Part shown: positions 55,046-64,000 of the stretch, one piece after another | Layout of the letters: every line of letters starts with the position of its first letter | How positions within the stretch are numbered: position 1 is the stretch's first letter | NCBI GenBank assembly: GCA_963740085.1 | Contig: CAVUCU010000005.1 | Location: 256,001-320,000, forward strand | Reading direction: 5' to 3' | Origin: Nitrospirota bacterium | GTDB lineage: Bacteria; Nitrospirota; UBA9217 | Length of the DNA stretch: 64,000 nt | The notes under the pieces: model-generated | Database searches by the model: none | The model's input: only the letters and a program-made list of their open reading frames with translations | Told to the model about the DNA's origin: nothing | Translations under genes and position numbers: made by a program

Positions 55046-56296
55046 TTATTTCCTCCTCAAGCTCTGGATGCTCTTCATCACCACACCCGTTGCATCCTGC
55101 GCAGACCGCGCCACATCAACGGGGGTCTTGAGCGTGCCGGTCGCATAGATGCCCTTCGGCAGCGTTGCCTGGTCTACAAACCCGTCGTCGGTCACCGGGA
55201 TACCAGCGCCGGCGAGTGATCTCGACGTGGCCTCCATGCCCGTGGCCAGGACAACCATGTCAAAGGTCTCGGAGACCTTGCTGCCGCCCATGATGTCCTC
55301 GGCGGTAACGGTTACATCGCCGTTCTGTGCCTGCTCGACCTTGGCGACCTTGCCCTTGAGGAAGGACACATTTTGGTCTTCCTTGATCTTGGTGTAGAAC
55401 CGGTTCTCATAGAGGCCGGGAGTGCGGATGTCGATATAGTATATTTTGACCTTTGAATCGGGATACAGCTCCCGCACATAACTGGCCTGCTTGAGCGAGG
55501 CCAGGCAGCAGATATAGGAACAATGGGCCAGGTGGTTCTCGTCACGCGACCCTGCACACTGCACGAAAGCGATGTTCTTCACCTCTTTGCCGTCGGACGG
55601 CCGCACGATCTTGCCGCCCGTGGGTCCGTTGGGGGCTGCGATGCGTTCCATCATCATGTTGGTGATGACGTTCTGGACCGTGCCGAAGCCGAGGTTGTCC
55701 ATCTTCGTGGCGTCGTAGGGATTCCAGCCCGTTGCCATGACCACTGCGCCGACCTTTACGGTCACGGTCTCGGGCTTCATGTCGAGGTGGATCGCGTCGT
55801 ACTTGCAGGCCTCGGCGCACTTTCCGCAGGCCGCGCCCTTGCAGACCTTGCTGTCGATGACGTACTGGAGCGGGAACGCCTGGTTGTGCGGGAGATACGC
55901 CGCCTTCGTCTTGCTCATACCGAAATCGAAATCGTTGGACCGCTCTATCTCGCAGGCCTCTGCGCACTTGTTGCAGCCCGTGCACTTGTCGTTCACGAAC
56001 CTGGGCTGTACCTTGATGGTAACGTCGAAGTTGCCTTCCGCGCCGGAGATCTTTTCTACCTCCGCCATGGTATAGATCTTCACCTGGCCGTTGTTCTTGA
56101 TGCGCTTGTACTGGATCTCGAGGCCGCAGTTCGGCGGGCACATCTTCCAGAAATATTTGTTCAGCTGCGTCACCCGGCCGCCGAGATAGGGGTTCTTTTC
56201 AACGATGATGACATCAGAGCCCGCTTCTGCGGCTTCTACTGCTGCCGTGAGGCCGCTGAACCCCCCGCCGACAACCAATAACCTGTTTTCCGCCAT
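55046..56296 (-). CDS. qmoA: QmoA (HdrA-like flavoprotein)
   Basis: GGGFSG, CPPNCG, CAGSRD...CSYICC motifs; follows aprA. Confidence 0.93.
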   Translation of the reverse strand: MAENRLLVVGGGFSGLTAAVEAAEAGSDVIIVEKNPYLGGRVTQLNKYFWKMCPPNCGLEIQYKRIKNNGQVKIYTMAEVEKISGAEGNFDVTIKVQPRFVNDKCTGCNKCAEACEIERSNDFDFGMSKTKAAYLPHNQAFPLQYVIDSKVCKGAACGKCAEACKYDAIHLDMKPETVTVKVGAVVMATGWNPYDATKMDNLGFGTVQNVITNMMMERIAAPNGPTGGKIVRPSDGKEVKNIAFVQCAGSRDENHLAHCSYICCLASLKQASYVRELYPDSKVKIYYIDIRTPGLYENRFYTKIKEDQNVSFLKGKVAKVEQAQNGDVTVTAEDIMGGSKVSETFDMVVLATGMEATSRSLAGAGIPVTDDGFVDQATLPKGIYATGTLKTPVDVARSAQDATGVVMKSIQSLRRK

Positions 56297-56335
56297 GGTA
56301 TCTTATTCCTCCTTAAAGGCAGTGCGCACGACATA

Positions 56336-56431
56336 ATTGCAAAGTGCAGATTGGAAATTTAAAATTTAAAATTATAATGCAGGCAGGTCGTTTATTTTAC
56401 CATTTAAAATTTGCAATCTTCAATTTGCAAT
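56336..56431. repeat. Heptamer-periodic inverted repeat (ATTGCAA)n/(TTGCAAT)n
   Basis: Degenerate 7-mer arms in aprA-qmoA spacer. Confidence 0.75.
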
Positions 56432-56436
56432 AAAAT

Positions 56437-56463
56437 CTCCGGGGAGGGAAACCCTCCCCGGAG
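56437..56463 (-). terminator. Strong stem-loop just after aprA (attenuator or mRNA stabiliser)
   Basis: CTCCGGGGAGGG/CCCTCCCCGGAG 12-bp stem, then ATTTTATT. Confidence 0.7.
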
Positions 56464-56475
56464 TTGTGAATGTTA

Positions 56476-58521
56476 TTAGTGTTTTACAGGAGCTGCATCT
56501 TCAACAAGCTGTACGTAGGGGACCTTCTTGACTTCCCAGGTGTCCTTCTCCAAGTTGTACTTGGAGTTGACAAAACACTTCCAGTTGACATCGTCCACGA
56601 GGTCAAAGTCGCCGCGATAGTAGTATCCGGGATACCGTGACTCCTGCCGGAACAGGATGTGGCGCGCATGGGCCTCCACGGAGAGGATGCGATGATAGTT
56701 CTCCCAGCAGCGCATCAGTTCGTGCAGGTTGCTTGCCGCCATCTTGGAGGTGTCTTCCTTCAGCACCTGGAGCTTACTGAGGCCTGCATCGAGCATGGTC
56801 TTGGAGGTCATGTACCAGGTCGAGATGCCGCCGAAGTACTCGTCGGCGATCTTCTGCAGACGGGTCTGGAGCATCTTCGGTCGGATGTAATTCGGGTTGA
56901 TGAAGGGGTCCGTGGTAAGGGTCTTGTACTTCTCGTAGACCTCGAAGGGCAGATAGAGCTCTGCCGCCAGGTGGTCAGCCGTCTCTTTGATGGTCGGCTT
57001 GTAGTCAGGATTATCGAGGATGAACGAGATCGCGCTCTTGGCCGCGATGCGGCCCTCGGCATGCGAACCCGAGGAGAACTTGTGGCCCGATGCGCCGCAG
57101 ATGTCGCCGCACATAAACAGGCCCTTTACAGTCGACTGGCGGTTGTAGTTGCCTGCCGGCCATTTTTTGTTCCACTCTTCCGGCGCGCCGAGGTCGTCGG
57201 GACCGCAGCACCAGAAACCCGCACAACCGGCATGCGAACCGAGGAGATAGGGCTCGGTCGGCATGATCTCGGACGGGACCTTGTCCGGCTCAACGTTCTG
57301 CGCAGCCCAAAGGCCGGCCTGGCCGATGGCCATGTCGAGGAAGTCTTCCCATGCCTCTGCCTCGAGGTGCTTCACCTTCTTGGCGCCCTCTTTATCGCCC
57401 AGCTTTTCCTTGAAGGTCTTGTTGATCACGGCCATTGCCTCGTCCGTTCTCATGAGGATCGGGCCTTTGCCCAGCTTCATGTCACGCATCATGAGGTGGT
57501 TGCGGATGGCCGTGCCGAGGTTGTCGACATACTTCCCGTATTTTGCCTTGGCCTCTGCCAGGGCCTCCGGGTTGACGCAATAGTCCTCGCCGAGGCTGTT
57601 GGTCGCCTTGGCTTTGAAGAACAGGAACCATGCGCCCACCGGGCCGTAGCCATCCTTGAAGCGGGCGGGCACGAAACGGTTTTCCATCATGGTGAGCTCT
57701 GCGCCGGCCTGCAGACCGAGGGCGTAGCCGGAACCGGAATTCCAGACCGGATACCATGCGCGGCCCTGGCCTTCCTGGGTCGACCGGGGACGGAACACGT
57801 TCACTGCGCCGCCGGCTGCCAGTACCATGGCCTTTGCCTTGAATACGTAGATCTTGTTCTCACGAACGCTGAAACCGGCCGCTGCCGCGACGCGATTGGG
57901 GTCCTTGGCGTCATTGTACAGCTTCACGATGAACACGCGCTCGTAGTGGTTCGTCTTCTCGCCCGTGGCTGCGCGGTTGGTCTCAAGGGCCTTCTTCGCG
58001 GCTTCCGCGACGATGACCTTGTAGGACTCGCCGTTGATCATGATCTGCCACTTGCCTGAGCGGACCGGCTTGCCGCCGTCCTTCAGCATGGTCTTTCCTG
58101 CTTCCTTTGCCTGAAAACCGTCGAGGGAGAAGCCATCGTCGCCCATCTTCCAGATCGGAAGGCCCCACTCTTCGAACTGCTGCACGGAATCATCCACACA
58201 ACGGCCGAGGTCATAGACCAGGTCCTCGCGGATGATGCCCATGAGATCGTTTCTTACCATTTTGACATAGTCCACGGGATCGTTGTCACCCATGTAGGTG
58301 TTGATCGCCGACAGACCCATGGCAACGGCGCCGGACCGATCGGTCGCGGCCTTGTCCACCATGACTATTTTGATCTTCTTCGGGTTTGCCCAGCGGGCGC
58401 CTTCGAATGCCGCGCCGCAGCACGCCATACCGCCTCCGATGAGGAGGAGATCGGTCTCAATCTCTTCGATCGTCGGCTTCGCGCAGAACGAAAAATTACA
58501 GGTTTCTTTTTCCATTTTCAT
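56476..58521 (-). CDS. aprA: Adenylylsulfate reductase alpha subunit
   Basis: RSGAVAMGLSAINTY, WQIMINGESYK, RFKDGYGPVGAW, GHKFSSGS motifs. Confidence 0.98.
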   Translation of the reverse strand: MKMEKETCNFSFCAKPTIEEIETDLLLIGGGMACCGAAFEGARWANPKKIKIVMVDKAATDRSGAVAMGLSAINTYMGDNDPVDYVKMVRNDLMGIIREDLVYDLGRCVDDSVQQFEEWGLPIWKMGDDGFSLDGFQAKEAGKTMLKDGGKPVRSGKWQIMINGESYKVIVAEAAKKALETNRAATGEKTNHYERVFIVKLYNDAKDPNRVAAAAGFSVRENKIYVFKAKAMVLAAGGAVNVFRPRSTQEGQGRAWYPVWNSGSGYALGLQAGAELTMMENRFVPARFKDGYGPVGAWFLFFKAKATNSLGEDYCVNPEALAEAKAKYGKYVDNLGTAIRNHLMMRDMKLGKGPILMRTDEAMAVINKTFKEKLGDKEGAKKVKHLEAEAWEDFLDMAIGQAGLWAAQNVEPDKVPSEIMPTEPYLLGSHAGCAGFWCCGPDDLGAPEEWNKKWPAGNYNRQSTVKGLFMCGDICGASGHKFSSGSHAEGRIAAKSAISFILDNPDYKPTIKETADHLAAELYLPFEVYEKYKTLTTDPFINPNYIRPKMLQTRLQKIADEYFGGISTWYMTSKTMLDAGLSKLQVLKEDTSKMAASNLHELMRCWENYHRILSVEAHARHILFRQESRYPGYYYRGDFDLVDDVNWKCFVNSKYNLEKDTWEVKKVPYVQLVEDAAPVKH

Positions 58522-58528
58522 ATCCTCC

Positions 58529-58960
58529 TTATTTCTTGATTACCGGCATGGCCTTCGCGTGAGTGAAGAGACCCGGCTGTTTTACTTTTGCGTAATCGAC
58601 CTCGGGTTTGCCCTTGAAGGGATCAACCGAACCTTCTACTGTCGTTCTGATCGGGAACTTGAACCGCTTCAGGAGCCCACTCCGGAATTTGATGGTCCAC
58701 ATGATGGAGTCCGTACCCCTCATCGGGATAACGTTCGCTCCCAGGGGTGCGAAATCCTGGTAGGCCCGGACCTCGATCGCCTGCTGCGGGCAGATCTTGA
58801 CGCAGTTGTAACATTCCCAGCACTGTTCCGGCTCCTGGTTGAACGCCTTCATGATATCCCTGTTCAGGGCCATGAGGTCGTTCGGGCAGATATACTGGCA
58901 GGCAGTCTTATCTTGCGCCTTGCAACCATCACACTTCTCTGTAATCACATAACTTGGCAT
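58529..58960 (-). CDS. aprB: Adenylylsulfate reductase beta subunit
   Basis: CDGC...CQYICP, CWECYNCVKICP, FKFPIRTT motifs. Confidence 0.98.
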   Translation of the reverse strand: MPSYVITEKCDGCKAQDKTACQYICPNDLMALNRDIMKAFNQEPEQCWECYNCVKICPQQAIEVRAYQDFAPLGANVIPMRGTDSIMWTIKFRSGLLKRFKFPIRTTVEGSVDPFKGKPEVDYAKVKQPGLFTHAKAMPVIKK

Positions 58961-59021
58961 GTTTCTGAACCTCCTATCTATAGAATGTAGTTAAACTGCT
59001 TCTGCAGTTGTTGTTCCTTGA

Positions 59022-60260
59022 TTACTTAAGCGTATGGGTTCCCTCGGCGTGGCTGTGAAGCTTGATCTCAACCTTCGTGGTCAGGCCCGCGTAGTACTTC
59101 TTGAGGATCTCAAGCACTTCGGGGCGGCTGAAATGATCGGGGACGTTCTCGCCTTCGGAGAGCATCTTGCGGAGCTTGGTGCCGGACAGCATGAGCCGGT
59201 CATCCTTGCCGTGGGGGCAGGTCCTCATGGAGGCCATGCCGTCGCACTTGAAGCAGTAGAATGTATGGTCGATCTTGAGGGGCTGGGTCTCGAGCGCGCC
59301 CTTCGGGATATCGTCGAAGATCTTCTGCGCGTCAAAGGGACCGTAGTAGTCGCCCACGCCGGCATGATCGCGTCCGACGATCAGGTGGCTGCAGCCGAAG
59401 TTCTGGCGGAAGAGCGCGTGCAGGAGAGCCTCACGCGGACCGGCATAGCGCATTTCCATGGGGTAGCCGCACTGGATGGAGGAGTCCTTCACGAAGTACT
59501 TGTCCATGAGCGTGTTGATGGCATCGGCGCGGACATCGGCCGGGATATCGCCCTCTTTGAGCTTGCCGAGGATCTGGTGGATGAGCACGCCATCCATGGT
59601 CTCGATGGCGATCTTGGCGAGATATTCGTGCGAGCGATGCATGGGGTTCCTGGTCTGGAACGCCGCGATCGTGCTCCAGCCTTTTTCCTCGAACATCTTG
59701 CGCGTCTGCTTCGGCGTCATGTAAATGCCCTTGAAGGTCTCGGGGAAATGGGCCTCGGAGAGGACCTTCACCGGACCGGCAAGATTCACATCAGGCTGGC
59801 CCATGACCTTCTGGACGCCCGGGTGACCGGCAACATCGTTGGTGCGGAAGATCTGCTTGCATTCATGCTCTTTGTCAGACTTGGACATCGCGTACTTTTC
59901 GGCCACCTTCATGGTGGCCATGATCGTGCCCGACTCTTCGTCCACAAGCGTGATCTCTTCGTTCTTTTTGAGCGAATCGGCGAAATCCGTGGAAGCCGAG
60001 AGCGTCACAGGGACCGGCCAGAACGTGCCGTCCGCCATTTTGTACTTGTCGCAGACACCCTTCCAGTCTTTCTTGGTCATGAAACCCGTAAGCGGGGTGA
60101 ACGCGCCGATGCCCATCATCACGAGGTCTGCGGTCTCGCGGGATGAGATCTTGAGCTGCTTCAGGGTCTTGGCCTTCTTCAGTTCTTTCTGAAGGGCCGC
60201 CCCTTCCAGAAGAAGCGGCATGAGCTTCTTCTTTTTTCCATGAGGCTTTACCAGTGCCAT
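59022..60260 (-). CDS. sat: Sulfate adenylyltransferase
   Basis: [28 protein letters not shown] motifs. Confidence 0.98.
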   Translation of the reverse strand: MALVKPHGKKKKLMPLLLEGAALQKELKKAKTLKQLKISSRETADLVMMGIGAFTPLTGFMTKKDWKGVCDKYKMADGTFWPVPVTLSASTDFADSLKKNEEITLVDEESGTIMATMKVAEKYAMSKSDKEHECKQIFRTNDVAGHPGVQKVMGQPDVNLAGPVKVLSEAHFPETFKGIYMTPKQTRKMFEEKGWSTIAAFQTRNPMHRSHEYLAKIAIETMDGVLIHQILGKLKEGDIPADVRADAINTLMDKYFVKDSSIQCGYPMEMRYAGPREALLHALFRQNFGCSHLIVGRDHAGVGDYYGPFDAQKIFDDIPKGALETQPLKIDHTFYCFKCDGMASMRTCPHGKDDRLMLSGTKLRKMLSEGENVPDHFSRPEVLEILKKYYAGLTTKVEIKLHSHAEGTHTLK

Positions 60261-60334
60261 AGTGTTTCCTCCTTGTAAGAATTATTAAGAAATGGTCTGA
60301 TCAGTCTTCTCGGACGTATCGGACCGATGATCCA

Positions 60335-60982
60335 TTATCCCAGCGCTGCAGTCACTTTGGTGAAGATGTCGCTGATGCTGCCCGTGCCCATGATGGTCTT
60401 CATGATATTTTTCTTTGAGTAGTAATCGATGAGCGGCGCGGTCTGCTTCGCATACACCTCAAGCCGCTTCTTGATGGTCTCTTCCTTATCGTCGTCGCGC
60501 TGAAACAACGCGCCCCCGCACTTGTCGCAGACACCTTCTTTTTTCGGGGGAGAGAAATAGATATTGTACATCTGCTGGCAGGATTTGCAGGTCCGCCTGC
60601 CGGTGAGGCGCTTGAGGAGGTCGTTCATGTCCACGTCGATGTTGAGGGCCGCGGTGAGCGGCATGCCCATACCGGAGAGGATCTTGTCGAGGGCCTCGGC
60701 CTGGACCGTGTTGCGCGGGAACCCGTCGAGGATGAAGCCCGCCTTGCAGTCAGGCTGCTTGATGCGATCTTCAACGAGACCGAGCACGATCTTGTCCGAC
60801 ACGAGCCCGCCCGAATCCATGATCACCTTGGCCTCTTTGCCGAGCGGCGTTCCGTCCGCAACGGCCTTGCGAAGAATGTCACCCGTCGAGATCTGCGGGA
60901 TCTTGTATTTCTCGATCAGCATCTTCGCCTGTGTACCTTTACCGGCACCGGGAGCACCGAGCAGCACAACTCTCTTGGCCAT
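60335..60982 (-). CDS. adk: Adenylate kinase
   Basis: GAPGAGKGTQ, LDGFPR, Zn-lid CxxC...CxxC. Confidence 0.97.
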   Translation of the reverse strand: MAKRVVLLGAPGAGKGTQAKMLIEKYKIPQISTGDILRKAVADGTPLGKEAKVIMDSGGLVSDKIVLGLVEDRIKQPDCKAGFILDGFPRNTVQAEALDKILSGMGMPLTAALNIDVDMNDLLKRLTGRRTCKSCQQMYNIYFSPPKKEGVCDKCGGALFQRDDDKEETIKKRLEVYAKQTAPLIDYYSKKNIMKTIMGTGSISDIFTKVTAALG

Positions 60983-61133
60983 AGAATGGAACCTCCGTGA
61001 TTTAAGATTCGTGTTCAGTCAAAGAAAGACAGAAGGCGCAACAAACCCACCGCATGATTTAAGCCGGAGCCTATAATCGTTGAAATCGATTTGTTTTTCA
61101 AGTTAATAATAATAATTTGAATATTAGTTTTGT

Positions 61134-61748
61134 TTATAAATGGCGGAGAGAACGCAGGGAAGTGGCAAGTTTTTCAAGTGCTTTGCCCCGGTGACTGAGC
61201 CGGTCCTTCTCATCACCTGACATCTCGGCAAAAGTGTTTTTGTAACCCTTTGGAATGAACACCGGGTCGTAACCGAATCCCGTTTTACCCTTCGGCTCAT
61301 CTCCTATGCGACCTTCAGCATATCCGAAAAAAGTCTTGACCGATCCGTCGGGGAAGGCCAGGGCCATGCAGCAAACGAACCGGGCCCCCCGCTTCTCGTC
61401 CGGGATGTTCTTGAGTTCAATGAGGAGCTTTTCGTAATTCTTGACATCATTGCCGCCGGTATTGCCGGCATACCGGGCCGAGAACACTCCAGGCGCACCG
61501 CCAAGGGCGTCTACCTCGAGCCCTGAATCGTCGGCAAGGGCGGGCTTGCCCGTGCATTTGCAGACCTCGCTTGCCTTCTTGACCGCGTTGCCCTCAAAGG
61601 TGTCCCGGTCCTCCACGGTTTCGGGGCAATCGGGAAAATTGTCAAGGGAAAGAATGGTTATTGGAAGGTCAGCAATGATCCGCCTGATCTCTTCGATCTT
61701 TTTTTTGTTTCGCGTGGCAAGTACGATTTCCATTTTTTTCATCCCCAT
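61134..61748 (-). CDS. rdgB: Non-canonical purine NTP pyrophosphatase (RdgB/HAM1)
   Basis: ATRN..K, ADDSGL, GFGYDP, SHRGKA motifs. Confidence 0.93.
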   Translation of the reverse strand: MGMKKMEIVLATRNKKKIEEIRRIIADLPITILSLDNFPDCPETVEDRDTFEGNAVKKASEVCKCTGKPALADDSGLEVDALGGAPGVFSARYAGNTGGNDVKNYEKLLIELKNIPDEKRGARFVCCMALAFPDGSVKTFFGYAEGRIGDEPKGKTGFGYDPVFIPKGYKNTFAEMSGDEKDRLSHRGKALEKLATSLRSLRHL

Positions 61749-61804
61749 CCGCGCCAGGCAAGGCTGGGTCGTTTTTCACGTTTGCAATCCCGGTCTCAAT
61801 CCCT

Positions 61805-62599
61805 TTAATGATTCTGAGTATAGGCGTTGGGGTCGAACAGCGAATCGCTGATGCGTGCGTTAAACAGGTAATTATCGATGATCGTTTCGCTGATTCTGGT
61901 CCCTCCGGCATAATTGACGATCCTGAAGGGAACGAGCACCCCTTCGAAGAATCTGAAATCGCTGAACTCGGCGCTCAGGCTCGTCGACCCTTCTCCCATT
62001 GAAAAACTGCCGAGTGTCTTCACGATCCGGTAAGTCACTTCGTTCACAAAAACATCCATGGTGTTTCCCGCGCGGTCCGTGCATCGAAGAACCGTGGCAT
62101 CAGCCGGGGATTCGCGTCCCAGTTCCCTCACGGTAAAGGAGTCGTCGAGCAGCGCAAAGGGCATGCTCAGATCATTGTACTGGTAGATCATGGCGAGATA
62201 GCCGGGCCCGCTCACTTCCTCCATCTTTCCGTCGACGCCGCGGAAAACCCTGGCTTCGCTCAGGATGCGTGTTTCCCGGGACAGCGCATAGTGAATGTCC
62301 ACGAACAGCTTGCCGTCCCTGCGTAAAGCGCGCCGGTATACTCCATGATCTCCCCTGACCAGCGCGTTTATGCTGCCCTCTACCGCTATCGAACTGATCT
62401 GCGAGAGACGCTCTCTCCCGCCGTAGGCGTCGAGGATCTTGTCCCTAAGATCTCCCCCTTTCGGCGAAGCATGAAGGCTGCATGATACGAGCGGAAAAAG
62501 GAGCACCCCGAGGTGCAGCAGTTTTTTGAGTGCGCTCCTGGTTGAAGTGCAATGAACTCTTTTTGGCCCGGTGATGACGCCATTGCATGATGCGGTCAT
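61805..62599 (-). CDS. Hypothetical exported protein
   Basis: Long ORF with signal-like segment, AYGG and FSDFR...VPF motifs; start uncertain. Confidence 0.6.
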   Translation of the reverse strand: MTASCNGVITGPKRVHCTSTRSALKKLLHLGVLLFPLVSCSLHASPKGGDLRDKILDAYGGRERLSQISSIAVEGSINALVRGDHGVYRRALRRDGKLFVDIHYALSRETRILSEARVFRGVDGKMEEVSGPGYLAMIYQYNDLSMPFALLDDSFTVRELGRESPADATVLRCTDRAGNTMDVFVNEVTYRIVKTLGSFSMGEGSTSLSAEFSDFRFFEGVLVPFRIVNYAGGTRISETIIDNYLFNARISDSLFDPNAYTQNH

Positions 62600-62624
62600 C
62601 GCGCCCCCTGTTCAACCGAAGTGA

Positions 62625-62895
62625 TTATTTCACCTCGGCCTTCCTGAAGCTTCTGTACAGGAGAAGATCATAGACGATTTTAAGACCTCCCGCAATAAGA
62701 AAAGGAGCGGCCAGCAGTGCGGGATACGCGAGAAATGCCCCGCTCATGGCGGCGAGATTGCGGTACCGATGGACCGCGCAATGCCCGTCACCCCGAGGCA
62801 GCGGAGCGCTCATCAGGAGCCACCACGGCCATGGTGTAGGCCTGGCGTGTGGGCACGTCCATCTGGGATATGCTGAAGCGGAGAAGGAGCCCGGT
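62625..62895 (-). pseudogene. Remnant of an MFS transporter C-terminus
   Basis: LRFSISQMDVPTRQAYTMAVV... then, after a frameshift, PFLIAGGLKIVYDLLL; no N-terminal half. Confidence 0.7.
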
Positions 62896-63000
62896 TATGG
62901 CGAAAAAAAACGGGCTTTACAACAAGGGCGATGCGAGCGGCAATACAGAAGAAGGCTTTAATCTTCAGAAAATAAGGGACTGTCTCTTTCTCTTTTGAGT

Positions 63001-63600
63001 TTAAAGATTTTTCATCTGGGCAGTGGCCGTCTTGATGGCTTTCACAACGCGTGCATTGTTCGGATCAAATACGAGGATGCTTTTCCAGATGGAAATCGCC
63101 TCGGCAAGATTACCCTTTCTGTATTCGGCCAGTGCGCGTTGTGAAAGATGAGAGCTGCAATCCCTCAATCGTGCTTCAAGAAATTTCTTGTCAAGCGACA
63201 GTTCCCCGAAGAGTTCCCGGCAGGAGGATTTGTTTTTCAGTAAGACATAATATGCCCGTCCTGATAAAGCGAACTCCTCTCTGCTGAAAAGCTCGTCTGC
63301 GGCATGCTGAATATCCTTTATGGTTTTGTCATAGTTCGTGAAGAGCGTCTGGTCGTCGGGATATTTACGGCAGGCATCGGCATAGACATCCAACGCGCTG
63401 TTATAATCACCCTGGACGATATCCTGTTCGGATTCCATGCGTGCTCGATCGATTTCCAAGCGAGTTCGGTCGATTTCCAGGTGTGTTCGATCGGCCATCG
63501 CATGGTCGATCGCTGCTTTTTTCTGCGGCAAGCAGGAGGGGAATACCAGAAATATCAGAACCGCGTGGACCGTTATTCTTTTCCAGGAAAGGAGCTGCAT
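63001..63600 (-). CDS. TPR-containing putative lipoprotein
   Basis: VFPS-C lipobox-like; YRKGNLAEAISIW...DPNN TPR. Confidence 0.7.
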   Translation of the reverse strand: MQLLSWKRITVHAVLIFLVFPSCLPQKKAAIDHAMADRTHLEIDRTRLEIDRARMESEQDIVQGDYNSALDVYADACRKYPDDQTLFTNYDKTIKDIQHAADELFSREEFALSGRAYYVLLKNKSSCRELFGELSLDKKFLEARLRDCSSHLSQRALAEYRKGNLAEAISIWKSILVFDPNNARVVKAIKTATAQMKNL

Positions 63601-63603
63601 GCT

Positions 63604-64000
63604 CTACCCTCGCACCTCTTGCAATTCCTCGGCAATCCGTTTATCCATGATCCTCGTGAAGACCTTCACGAGGTCGGGATTAAATTGCTTGCCGGCGCAC
63701 TTCATGAGCTCCTCCAGCGTCCCCATTTCAGAAATGGCGTCGCGATAGGGTCTGTTCGACGTCATCGCGTCGTAGGTGTCAGTTATGGCGATGATGGCGG
63801 CAAACAGGGGGATCTCATCTCCCTTCAGTCCATCGGGATATCCTTTGCCGTTAAACCACTCGTGGTGATGTCTGACCGGTGGTATGTATTTTTGCAGCGA
63901 CGGTGCTTTACTGAGAATAGCAGCCCCGTATTCGGTATGGCGCATCATTTCCTTGTACTCCAAGACGGTCAGCTTGTCTCTTTTCCGGAGGATCGCGTCC
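63604..64000 (-). CDS. HD-GYP domain protein, 5' end outside window
   Basis: HHEWFNGKGYP, DTYDAMTSNRPYR motifs. Confidence 0.85.
   Translation of the reverse strand, partial: DAILRKRDKLTVLEYKEMMRHTEYGAAILSKAPSLQKYIPPVRHHHEWFNGKGYPDGLKGDEIPLFAAIIAITDTYDAMTSNRPYRDAISEMGTLEELMKCAGKQFNPDLVKVFTRIMDKRIAEELQEVRG

Noticed and set aside
52809-56296. Selenocysteine or recoding in the HdrA-like Qmo subunits
   Set aside because: Both ORFs are full length without in-frame TGA.
61060-61133. Rex operator upstream of adk-sat (and TTGTGATAATTTTTTTAA near 36430)
   Set aside because: Only AT-rich partial dyads (AAATCGATTT; one TTGTGA half-site); no convincing TTGTGA-N6-TCACAA.

Overview
A 64-kb, moderately GC-rich bacterial chromosome segment. 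Its gene content (adk-sat-aprBA-qmoABC-CBS-hppA, and a split atp operon with b', b, delta, alpha, gamma, beta and epsilon but no a/c subunits) points to a dissimilatory sulfur-metabolising anaerobe, probably Nitrospirota/Thermodesulfovibrionia or Desulfobacterota (inference). Left to right it holds: a rhodanese end, a metallophosphoesterase and pfk; a putative synthase-dependent exopolysaccharide operon (HEAT protein, processive GT2, TPR/YaiO porin broken by two compensating frameshifts, LtaS-like transferase, amidohydrolase); radC; a PerR-fprA-rubredoxin oxygen-defence unit; a remodelled chemosensory/signalling island with a CxxCH-containing MCP; the atp genes; uvrA, nadB, glutaredoxin plus FTR and guaA; and the sulfate-activation block. 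No rRNA, tRNA, CRISPR array or intact transposase was seen. Three non-gene signals stand out. (1) Two sigma54 promoters share the same upstream layout: two GACA-N3-TGTC-like palindromes 21 bp apart, 70-71 bp from the -12 end. (2) Heptamer-periodic inverted-repeat hairpins sit at gene junctions of core operons, and one arm lies in frame inside guaA. (3) There are several MITE/REP-like relics. All assignments are by eye from motifs; no database searches were run.
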